From NCBI GenBank assembly GCA_002189035.1, contig NEEC01000009.1, forward strand, positions 3,286,001 to 3,350,000: a stretch of DNA of 64,000 bases, read 5' to 3'. The notes beneath the pieces are model-generated. The model was not told the DNA's origin. It did no database searches and saw only the letters and a list, made by a program, of their open reading frames with translations. Positions 52,441 through 63,200 of this stretch are shown here, in pieces. The first letter of the stretch is position 1. The number at the start of each line of letters is the position of its first letter. The position numbers and the translations under genes were made by a program. Origin of the DNA: Utricularia gibba. Lineage: Eukaryota > Plantae > Magnoliophyta.

Positions 52441-52909
52441 CTTTTGCGCCACTTCACTGACCGACTCCAATTTCCCTACTCGTAACTCCACGCCAATTCA
52501 TTCATTCTTGACATGTTATGCTACAGTTTCTGAATCATCAGTTCTACAAACTGCTCACATACCTGTCTTTCACTTCAGTGATTCCTGATCTCCAACAATT
52601 ACTAAACAAAATTTACTTCGTTGAGCGCTGTTTTTTGGTTCACTTTTAAGATCTTTTGCAGGCGTGTGCCATTAAAATACATGAGAAAGATGAATGGAAA
52701 TACGCAAACCAAAGAAAGAAAACAATGAATTATTTATTCATTCATTCATTCATATGTTTGAGCAAACAAACATACACACCCACGAAAAGCAACTGTAGAC
52801 TACTAAAAAAAATGGGATCAAACCAGATTGCATCGAGCAAAAAGCCAGATTTTGGAGTGGCATTGCAATTTGTACAGCACAAACTTTTCACATTGCAAAA
52901 GAAATTTAA

Positions 52910-54217
52910 TCAAGCCTTAACTGAGAAGATCTCTAAAAGAGAATACCAGGTTCCAGATACTCCAAGCAGAAGGCCAACTATAATGACCACTATATCAGCA
53001 ATGGCTTCTCTTAAGTTCATCTCCTGCTTGAATGCTAAATAGTGAAACAAAGCAGGCAAGACAAAGCCAAGAATACAGCAGGTGCTGCTTCCAACCAGAG
53101 ACAGGAAGTCGGCGAAACTAGGCACGAAAAGTGCAACAAAGACAGAGAACAATACTAGCGCCCATCTCAACAATAAGCAGTACCTCCCGAACCAAAACCT
53201 TCTCTCAAACACTTCATGAACTGGGTTCATCATTAATGGGAAGCTAATAAACAGATTGACGCAAAGGGCAAGCTGAATAAGAACACTCAACAACCCTTTC
53301 CCCATGTTGGCGGTGATTATGTCACTCGTGCTTTCACCATAGGCGAAGTACCCAAGTGCACCAAATCCACCAAACATGCAGGCAATGAACAGGATTGCCA
53401 AAGCCAATATCTTTCCATACTTGGACTTCTCTTTCATCTCTGCCTCCAAGGGTAAGGCCATCCCAATCCCTTCAAAGGAGTAAACAATCACACCTAATCC
53501 ATAGAAAAAAGAAGAGACAGTTCCAAATGCCTCTATCACAGGCATCTGCTTGAAGAATATGACCATATCCTCAACCATGACAACTCCCTTGGCACCAATA
53601 TCCAGAACATCAGCGATAATGCTCAAAGGGGCTAAAACTGTCAGTGAACGAATCGAATTCAAGCCCAATTGAAAGGGGAAACAACCCCAGATGTAAACAG
53701 CCTTTGCAGAAATCCCCCAAATTTCAGGGCTAGCACCAATCGACAAATTGACAGGTGAAGTAAAGAGATTGCTAAGGGTATTACCGATGAAAATAAGATA
53801 TCCCACGCAAAACCCAGTCTGGGAGAGCACAATCAAGATATCCACGGAAAATCTACCGACGGACCCACAGGAAGCGTAGCCCAGATCACCAAAAGAAGTG
53901 GGATTTGGGAACGAAGCAGTGGGGGAATCAGCAATCTTCCTACGGGTGTCAACTAGGAGCATCATCCCCCGATAGGTGAGAGCAGCGACGAAGAAAATCA
54001 TGACAAGACAGGTTAGCCACCCTGTTCGCATGAACGTGTACGGAAGGCCGAGAACCCCGGCACCGACGATCGCAAGAACGACATTTGCGAAGGTTTTGAG
54101 CCCAGAAGAGAGTCGTTGGTGTTTAGCGTTGCCGGAGAGCAAGGGAGTATACTCTTTTGGGATTGATCGCAGGGAGCCGGCGGATGATCCAGCTTCACTC
54201 CGTCTCCCCAAACCCAT
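52910..54217 (-). CDS. AVT3: Vacuolar amino acid transporter AVT3/ANT1-like, single exon
   Basis: TPLL motif; KTFANVVLAIVGAGVLGLPYTF; SFGDLG; VYSFEGIGMALPLE; FPLMMNPV; multiple hydrophobic TM segments. Confidence 0.92.
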   Translation of the reverse strand: MGLGRRSEAGSSAGSLRSIPKEYTPLLSGNAKHQRLSSGLKTFANVVLAIVGAGVLGLPYTFMRTGWLTCLVMIFFVAALTYRGMMLLVDTRRKIADSPTASFPNPTSFGDLGYASCGSVGRFSVDILIVLSQTGFCVGYLIFIGNTLSNLFTSPVNLSIGASPEIWGISAKAVYIWGCFPFQLGLNSIRSLTVLAPLSIIADVLDIGAKGVVMVEDMVIFFKQMPVIEAFGTVSSFFYGLGVIVYSFEGIGMALPLEAEMKEKSKYGKILALAILFIACMFGGFGALGYFAYGESTSDIITANMGKGLLSVLIQLALCVNLFISFPLMMNPVHEVFERRFWFGRYCLLLRWALVLFSVFVALFVPSFADFLSLVGSSTCCILGFVLPALFHYLAFKQEMNLREAIADIVVIIVGLLLGVSGTWYSLLEIFSVKA

Positions 54218-54858
54218 TATCCAGCACTGCAACCTGTAAACCCTGAAAACAAGGAGAAAGCAGGATCCCTCCTCGGGATAACCTCAAGCTGAGGAGCGCG
54301 CCGGGGGACCTGAACAGAGGTGAAGCCGCGTGGTGTCCGTGCGCGTTCTAACACAGAAATGGAGAGTGACAATTCTGATACGCCTATTATTCTCACGCTT
54401 ACCTTTCGCCAGCCAACCACCTCACCTTGTGCGTGACTGTGCCTGTGGGTCTACACTCGGACAATGCAAATCGCAAAGTAGGAGGGTGGGCCCCAGAAGA
54501 AAATCATTTCTTATTCTGCTCATTGGGCCGGGCCTCACGAAATGTATAGGAGGGGGAGCTCGGCCCAATCGACACTCATTCTCTCTTTTTTTCTTGTTTT
54601 TTAGGAGGTCCGTACAGTACACGCGGAAGAGGAAATTTCCAAAAAGCACACGCCAACACTGACTGAAATTTACAAAAACGCCCAAAACTTATCCACACCA
54701 CCACCCATTTATATTCTAGTTGTTGCTGAAGCCCACTGCCAACATGCCATTGTAAAAAAAAAAAAAAAAGAGGTTGCTGAAGCCAACAGTCGCCCCCGAC
54801 ATCAAACTAATTTCAGGCGGTCGCCATCGGAGAGTCCTCACCCTTATCCACATCACGA

Positions 54859-55503
54859 CTAAGCGCTCGAGCTGAAGCCAGACCCCCCGGCGACATCAAA
54901 CTGGGAAACGTAATTTCCGGCGGCCCTTCCGGACGCCGTCGGCGTTTTTGGGGGTTCATTCAGAAATGCCCAGTTGCTGTTTATCCACCTGAAAACATTT
55001 AAACACCCGCGCACACATGAACGGATCTTATGCTTTCTTCTTCTTGAATCTAGAAACTCAATAGATAATATACCAGCCGTTCTTTTGAAGAAGATCGAGG
55101 ATGTTGGCGTCAGCTTCAGCCACGTCGACACTCGTGTCCGCATCAGGCAGGATCCCCTGCGTAAAACAAAACGAAATCTCTTGAAATGACCAAAACAAGG
55201 AGTAACAGCATAGAGGATTTGGAGGTTGTTGCCTGCCTGAGGATCAGTTTCAGCCGCAAGAGGGGAAATGTCCTTGAGATGTTCCTCTTCTATCTGCTTC
55301 TTCACTTTCCAAAAGGCGTCAATTTCTTCCCTGGTCATCGACTTGCTCCTCTGCATCAACTTCTCTGACGGACACATCCGCAAAAGTTATAACACATCAT
55401 GTGCAGGCGACGGAAGGGTAATCAGTTTAAACAAAGGGTCAAAATACTAACCACGGTTGGGATCTGTAACAAGGGAGTACCACCCTGACATGAGAGAACC
55501 CAT
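54859..55503 (-). CDS. Small conserved plant protein of unknown function, 3 introns
   Basis: Spliced product MGSLMSGWYSLVTDPNR|EKLMQRSKSMTREEIDAFWKVKKQIEEEHL..DPQ|GILPD..KNGW|WINSNWAFLNEPP..NYVSQF matches a recalled family pattern (MGSLMAGW; EEI.AFW; W..SNWAFLNEP). Confidence 0.8.
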
Positions 55504-56116
55504 CTCACAGAATTCTTCTTCAGTCAGTTCCCTGTCGGTCCACTGAGAAATGGGAACAGAGATAAAGAACACCAGCTGCACAAGGATGGATGTATCTATA
55601 TGTATAGCCAGCTGGAGCGGATTAGGATTAGGGCGGGCGGTGAGTGGTTTAGTTGATTGGAGTAGACCCACAGAAAAGAAAAAAGCATCCATCATTAGAC
55701 TATAGGTTTGATTTGGGCGGAGGATATTTTTGAAATACAAAAGTAAAAACCAGATATTTTAGATGAATCCCTTCTTGATGGATAGAGATTGTTTTATGTA
55801 TAAAATAAGAATGGGGTAGCAGTGGATAGACACGCATTAGGAAGAACATGAGAGGAAGGGAAAGCGACGTAGAAGAAGCAAGCATATCCGCCACATAAGA
55901 GTTACATTTGAAACAACGAAATCTAATCTATCATTTACTTTTGATGCTCCTCCGCCTACTAACTAGACTACCACGCCCTTGTTTTTCTCCATCCGGGCCC
56001 TGCTCTGCCCATTCCACCAACGCAGCCTGCAAGGGAAAGAAAGCAACCACAACGCAACACATGAAATAAATCACGAATTAGCTTTTGTTGCTCCAGGTAG
56101 GCATCCATCCTAAGAA

Positions 56117-56196
56117 GGGGTCCAGGCGGAATCGAACCGCCATCCCCCAACGCATTCCTGCGATGGAGTGCTCTTCCAGTACGAGCTCATGAACCC
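56117..56196 (-). ncRNA. tRNA-like structure (80 nt) without a canonical anticodon loop
   Basis: Acceptor GGGTTCA/TGGACCC; D arm GCTC-GTACTGGAA-GAGC; extended arm CTCCA-T-CGCA-GGAA-TGCG-T-TGGGG; T arm GGCGG-TTCGATT-CCGCC; discriminator C. Confidence 0.85.
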
Positions 56197-56691
56197 ATCA
56201 TTGACCGCCGCATAGAATTAACCCCAACTACTAAAATAATCTACGATTCCTAATCGCAAATGAACCCCAATTAATAGTCAACAACCCTCTTGCGGGAAAT
56301 AAAACTAAAATAAAACACCCATTTAATTAAAGTCTCGATGGAACATTAAACGCGTTCTTAAAGCCACGACAAAACTACAACGCTAGTAAACGTGAAAAAA
56401 AGCCTGAACACGCAAACTTTTTGCAAACCGAGATAAAACAATCCTATCGATAAATTTGACTTTAAGACAAGGAAACAAACCCGTTCCCCACGATCACATG
56501 TGCAATTGTATTCACATGGATGTTGCACACAAGCGCATTCACTACGCTCCAGAACAAGTAGACCACCCGTGAACGGCGTCCACGCTCCAATATGCTCCAC
56601 AAATGCAGATTATTCTCTATCTTGCCGTAGATCAAGCAGTTGAATGAACTTATTATACTAATCATTCAACCTTGAGATGCCTCCTAACGCC

Positions 56692-56705
56692 GGGGGGGGG
56701 GGGGG
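56692..56705 (+). repeat. G14 homopolymer (a G12 run also lies at 47804-47815)
   Basis: Read directly; the lengths may be unreliable given the homopolymer error pattern. Confidence 0.8.
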
Positions 56706-57329
56706 AAGGACTAGCCGTACTGTTGGGCATTCCAAGATCCGCAAGTCAAGTCGCAGCACTCGGAGATGGTTGCAACAGCTTGTCAGTGACACTCCCGCCG
56801 CCAAGCTCCCGTTGCCTTGAATCCGGTCTCAACCATACAACTCATAGGTGGAATTTCTATTACAACCCAACGATGACTGGAATGTTTACAAGCTCACATT
56901 CCAAGACACTATTGGCATTACCCGGAAAAAAAGACAAGATATCATGTGTCCGAAACAGGCATCAGAATTATCAAGGAAGATACTAAAATGAATTAGGTCG
57001 AATTGCTTTCCAGTGGCAGACACAGTTATTACCTTGTAACTTTGATCCCAATAGGGATTTCAGATATTTTTTCTCGCGACAAATGAATTATAAACCAAAT
57101 AGAGTGCACATTGAGTACCTTTATGGGATGATGCTTCGGATAGGTGAACAGCGGAGATTCACTGATGACATGGTGGTGAACTGCAAATGATGGAATGTTT
57201 GAATGGATTGTGCAATTCCTATTTTCTGTAAATAGGAATTGGCACAAGCATCCAAGAACAAACAATCGATCGCAATGAACGTTTGATGTGCGAGTGCAGG
57301 TAATGCGAGGAACCAGACGCGACGCAGCA

Positions 57330-57439
57330 GAGGGGAGAGCCGGGCTGAAACCCCGTACCATCTCCCCTCAAAACCAAAAAAGAGGTACTTTTATTAGGTT
57401 TCGACCTGCCATGCGAGCGCACCCATCATGGCAAAGGTC
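57330..57439 (-). ncRNA. Double-hairpin element resembling the CR20/GUT15 conserved core
   Basis: Hairpin 1 GACCTTTGCCATGATGGGTGCGCTCGCATGGCAGGTC (57439-57403); A/T-rich linker; hairpin 2 GAGGGGAGA..CGGG-GTTTCAG-CCCG..TCTCCCCTC (57369-57330) with a perfect 9-bp basal stem. Confidence 0.7.
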
Positions 57440-58697
57440 ACTCTGACATCTTCGCTACCCACCAAGCACAACCAACAACCGTCACATTTTCCCTTACCCC
57501 CACCTCCCCCAATCGACAGATATGAAGAATAACGCAACAGCTAACATATCAAAAGTTACTTCCCTTTAGATTCTTCACCCGAAAGAGGGGGTGCTGCGGA
57601 TGGGAGTCTCGGAGCAGCGAATTCACCAAAACTTCGAAAGGAACATCAGATCAAGCGCTCGGAGGGATATGTACGGCCACCGTCGCAGCGGCTCATCTTC
57701 TGCGAATTACAGAAAATAAATGTAACCATGACAAGTACACATGCCTGGGCAATTAACCAACAAGAAGGGTAACCAAGCGATGCAAATCAAACAGAAAAGT
57801 TAGACAACCGCCACACGCTTATAGATCTACAAAGGAAAAGAGGCAGATCTGTGAAGGAAACCTCTGTTAACCGATGAGAGCCGCGTGATCCATCACCACG
57901 ACGGCGTTCCCGAGGCGGTGGAACGTATTCCGCCGCCACTTATCCTCATACGATGAGGAATAAGCTTCTGAACAAACAGATGAAAAACCATACTCAAAAC
58001 GTAGATCTCCGGGAGATCCATCACGAGATGGGGAAGAGAATCGCAGAAGCGCCGGCGGAAAGAGTAGATCTGGAATTGCAGAGTTGGGAGGAGAGGGCAG
58101 TTTTTTCTTCCTAAAGGTCCGTGAGAAGACATGGCTTTAAGCACCTTCGCGATGTGATCCTACGGTCAGAAAACAATCGGCCCAGAAGATCTAACGGCCA
58201 TCGTGTTTGCGGATCTGTGACGCGAGTATTTTGCGGAAAAATCGACGGTTGCTAGGAGTCGTGAAAAGATTCTAGAAGTTCCTACCGCCGCCAAAACTCC
58301 CTCACCTATGCCTCTATGTATGTATGTATATTGAGCGAACAGTGGAGGCCCATTATAGGGCTGGTCAACCCAAGAGAAAAGCAAGGGCCTGGCCCATTCC
58401 ATGGTGCACACACTACATGTCCACCTGGACTGCCTACTCTTGCACACCAGAGGAAACTTCCCGGGTTGCGGCTCCGCTTGTGCATCCCACGCAATCCACC
58501 CACTAATACACCGCCACGTATGCTTGGCGATCGCGGCACCCACCCGGTGTCCGTCTGACCGGAAACATTCTATAAATTGGTTGGTTCGCAAACAGAGCTT
58601 ACGCAGAACGACTTCCTTCCTGCAACAACTCTCATAGAAAGCTCGCGGCTTACGGTAGATTTTACTTCTTCTTCTTCATTACTCGTTGGATTCTCCG

Positions 58698-59320
58698 ATG
58701 TGTTCTCCGCCGCCTCATTGTTTGGATGAACAACTCATCGAAGAGAGCTTCACCGAATCCTCTCTTCCAAGCGATGCGTCATTCGATTACGGGTCCTATC
58801 AGTTCCCTCCCCTGACTCCTAAAGGTCTGGTCCGTCTCTCTCTCTTTCCCACTCTGCTTTTGAAAAACAGAGAGCCTGTTAAGGATGTGTGCTCCGATTT
58901 TTGTTTGTTGTAGAAGAAATGGATGATGCGTACTGGGGAAGCGGCCAAGATTACTTCCCAAACGTATACTACGCAAGAGAGACGGCAGATTGGATGACGC
59001 AAGAAAAGAATCCGACGGTAAATCCTGGTCCCTTATGGAGAATGATGTGCAGATGATGAGTGTGTGGTTGTCTACAGGTGGCTCCAGATGGAGAGGAGGA
59101 GGAGGATTTGTTCCTTGACGGCGACTACCTGGAGCTGAATGATCTTGAGGATCATCATGGCTCCGGCAACCAGATGAGCGGTTACACGTATAGGTACTCG
59201 CAGGAGGGCGTGGAGTCTGCTAATGATATCCTGATGTGGGAGCGAGGGCAGTGCATTTCTATTTACGCGGGTTTGGATTTAGCTGATCTGAGCCGAAGTG
59301 CTTCTGAAAATGGTGAGTAA
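58698..59320 (+). other. Spliced acidic ORF resembling a NAC transcription-factor C-terminal region without a NAC domain (gene fragment or small gene)
   Basis: Three in-frame exons with GT-AG borders: MCSPPPHC..FPPLTPK|EEMDDAYW..EKNPT|VAPDGEEEEDLFLDGDYLELNDL. No NAC domain is visible upstream. Confidence 0.35.
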
Positions 59321-60203
59321 GAAGAAGCAGCAGCAGGGCTGCGCTGGCGACAACATGATTTACTTTGCAAAGGAACTGGTAACAAGGGTAGGTAGGTGAG
59401 GCGATCCCAGCCAAAGGCAGGCAGTAGTAGAGGAGACAGGATGCCGTTACCTTACCTTATCTTACTATGGTGGGTCTGGGTCTGGGAGCATGCCCGGCTG
59501 GGCTGTTGCCTCCCCTCAATTTGCATGATTTGAACACAAAATTGTAAAGGAAAGAAGAGGGGAGGGAGTGCGGACGGCGGCATGGTTCAGTGCGCCACCA
59601 CATTATTAGCAACATAATAATCCATTCCACGCACTCTCTTACAGTATCTATGGATAGATGGATGGATGTTTTTATTTCAATGAGGAAAACGGCAACAAGA
59701 TTCTTGGACTTGGACAGGTGTCGAGGGCAGTCCCGTAATCGTGTTCTCTCTCTCCTTAACAATGAATAAACAAACGAGAGTCTATTTTTTCTTTTTTCTT
59801 TTTTTTTTATGTGGGTCGGTTGCAACGCGCAGTTTCCCCCCGTAGGCAAGGAAGGCTAGGCCAGGCCAGTCCGCACACGAAAGCCGGACGGGAGACACCC
59901 AATTCTCACTCTTCGCACCACTCGCCCCCGGCCCCAAATCCAATTCGCACCAACGCTCTTCCCCACACCCCTTGATTCGCTCGCTACACCTGCCCAACAC
60001 TGGGGACACGCCCACGTCTGGGGAAGCCACTCACTAATTCCCTGATTCTTTCAGCTGGATTTCTTCAACTAGCTGGCTCGCCATCCTCTGGGTATTGTGT
60101 AATGCGGGAGTTCTCGCCTCCTTCCAAGGCTAGGACCAAATGGGGGGGAGCCTGCCGACGATTTGATGGAAACGGGACTATTCGCGCTTAACGCCCTCGT
60201 TTC

Positions 60204-63200
60204 ATGGAGTTGAGGTTTCGGTGTAACCGATGTGCCGAGGTCTCTTTACTCCCCAGATTCGAACTCAATTTTACCATCATCGTTACAAAGGCAAGGCGCT
60301 TCTCTTACTTCTTTAATTATTTCTTGATATTTGCAGCAACTCTGTTCAGGCCATGGCTTTTCAGCCTTTCTTCTTCCCTTTTCCATGTCATGTGAGTTCG
60401 ATTATGGCGCATTCCATCGTTTTTGGTTTTTGCAATTTGCACACTTGTATGGCCATTTGAAGATGTATTCACCACCCATGGCATATTCTTCCCGAGGCAT
60501 GCCACATTCTTCTGTGTTGTTATTTAAGGCGGTCACGTCAAATTTCCCTTGTGGTTAAGGGTCCCTTTTTTCCCAAAACAAAGCCACTTTTTTTTTTCAT
60601 AGAAAATATTTGCCTGATCGCCTTATTCTCGGCGATGCTTTTCGTTATTTTACGTATTGTATCAGTGGACTTGCTCCAGAATGTTTGTGGTGGATCCTTG
60701 GTTATCATATATATTTTATGTCGGTTTTAATTAGAAGGCATTTGTGTGACATTATTTAACGCTTTCGTGTAAGAAATGATTTTTGTGTGTGTAAATCTTC
60801 TGTTTATCTATCAGGTCTCTTTACTGTTGCTACTCCTGGAAACTGCTTTTGGAGCAACCAAAGGTTTTCAATTGCAGAGGCAAACTCTTGAGCAGGGAGA
60901 TCAGAACATAGTGGCACATTCGTGTATCCACGATCAGATAATTGAACAGAGAAGGAGATTTGGTCACAAAGTATATACTGTGTCACCTCAGGTTTATGTT
61001 GAACCTGATATTTCCCAGTCACTTCAAAGAAAAGGAAGAGTGTTGCTGGGTGTTTCTGGATTGCCAAAGTGGAATATTGACGCAAAGCAGCCAATTAGAA
61101 TATATTTGAATTATGATGCTGTTGGTCATTCTTCTGACAGGGACTGCAGAAATGTGGGGGACTTAGTAAAGGCAAGAAACTACAGAACCATTTTTTGGCT
61201 CATGCGACACATTTTAGTTTTCAGGATAACCATTTTTATGTTTTTATTTTTATTTTTTGTGCTAGCTTGGGGAACCTGCAGGCGCGTCATACTCAGGTAG
61301 ACCATCGTGTAATCCACAAGGGAATCCTCCAGTTTATGGTGATTGCTGGTATAACTGCACTCGAGATGATGTTGCTGGGGAGGACAAAAAGCATCGACTT
61401 CGCATGGTACAGTATATATATTTTACCGTTTCCCTTATTCTACATAACTATAAAATTTAGGATCTGCTACTGGAGGCCCAATGTTGAAATATTGAACCAC
61501 TTGAGTAAATTCTAATTGCAAGAGACCTTTTTTGGGGGGCGGAGGGGCTAATATTTTTTATGTAAATCTGCTGAGTGTGAGACATTATTCAGGCCCTTGA
61601 GCAAACAGCCACCTGGTTTGGAAGAGTGCTGTCTGTCGAGCCTGTTAGAGGGAACTTGCGGTTGAGTGGATATTCTGCATGTGGTCAAGATGGGGGAGTC
61701 CAGCTTCCACGGGAATATGTGGAAGGTCACTTTCTGGCTGTTGGCATCAGATAGGATTTACAGTAACCACGTTTACTGACAGCCATACCTCTCCATAATT
61801 TCAGAAGGCATTGCTGATGCGGATCTGGTTCTTTTGGTCACAACAAGGCCCACGACAGGCAACACTCTAGCTTGGGCTGTGGCATGTGAGCGAGATCAAT
61901 GGGGGCGTGCTATTGCTGGTATGTATTTCTTGTTTGACCTAATCTAAGATGTTCTACATTGAGCTTAGGGAAGGAAGGTGGGCTTGATCACTTCTATTCT
62001 GGCAACAGGACATGTGAATGTTGCACCTCGACACTTGACAGCTGAAGCAGAAACTCTGCTTTCAGCGACACTTATACATGAGGTCAGTTGTGTAAGATGC
62101 ATAATTAATACAAGAGCGACTTTGTTTTCATTGAGGTTTGTGTTTTTATAGGTTATGCATGTACTTGGATTCGATCCTCATGCCTTTGCTCATTTTCGTG
62201 ATGAGAGGAAAAGAAGGCGGGAGCGGGTATGGTTTTTCTTTGGTTCAACTTTTTTCATTACCGTTGTCACTATTAATGTATTAAGTGTTTTTATTCTTTC
62301 TTCTAGGTAATAGAACAAGCTATGGATGAGAAACTTGGAAAAATGGTAACAAGAGTGGTGCTTCCTCGTGTAATTATGCATGCTCGGTATCATTATGCGG
62401 TAGGGTTCATAATCCCTAGATTTTGGAAGTCACTTTTGACCTGAAGCAGGGTTTTTACTTTTCAATGCATTTTTTCTACTAGTCTTTCTCGGAGAATTTC
62501 ACCGGTTTGGAATTAGAAGATGGTGGTGGCCGTGGAACATCAGGTTGCTCACTGCGATCTGTCTTTCACAATCTCCAATCCGTATCATTTAAATGTTATT
62601 CTTTGCTTTTTGTCTATAAAACGCGTGTGGATCATGTTGATCTGATTATATGCTTGGCACTCAATATAAGGCTGAGTTTTTATTTTTCTAATGCATGTCA
62701 GTTTTGTAATATGATGCAGGATCTCATTGGGAGAAAAGACTTTTAATGAATGAGATCATGACTGGTTCTGTGGACACAAGATCCATAGTGTCTAAAATCA
62801 CTCTTGCTTTACTTGAGGATAGTGGATGGTACACGGCTAATTACAGCATGGCAGATCGCCTTGAGTGGGGTCATAATCAAGGAAACGATTTTGTTACCTT
62901 GCCTTGCAATGCCTGGAAAGGTGCTTATCGTTGCAACTCGACACAGATTTCAGGCTGCACATATAACAGGGAAGCCGAAGGGTACTGTCCTGTTGTTGAT
63001 TATACTGCAGATCTTCCACGTGGGCTCGCCATTTTCCCCAGGCTAATAAAGGTCATTTACGCAGCATTGCCTCATCTGCTTTTGACACGACCTTACCAGA
63101 GTTACCCTGTTATGCAGGTGGACAGTCATCCTTAGCTGACTACTGTACGTATTTTGTTGCTTACTCTGATGGTTCCTGCACGGACAGCAATAGTGCTAGG

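Larger units (their letters stand above)
55950..58150 (-). ncRNA. Putative CR20/GUT15-like spliced long non-coding RNA locus (ends approximate)
   Basis: No credible ORF. Minus-strand splice-like sites (acceptors ~57701, 57443, 56027), a double hairpin at 57330-57439 resembling the recalled CR20/GUT15 core, and an intronic tRNA-like element. Confidence 0.6.

Noticed and set aside
56117-56196. Canonical tRNA-Cys(GCA) gene
   Set aside because: GCA lies in a paired stem of a 14-nt insert, there is no U33-type 7-nt loop, and no Pol III terminator follows; reported as tRNA-like instead.
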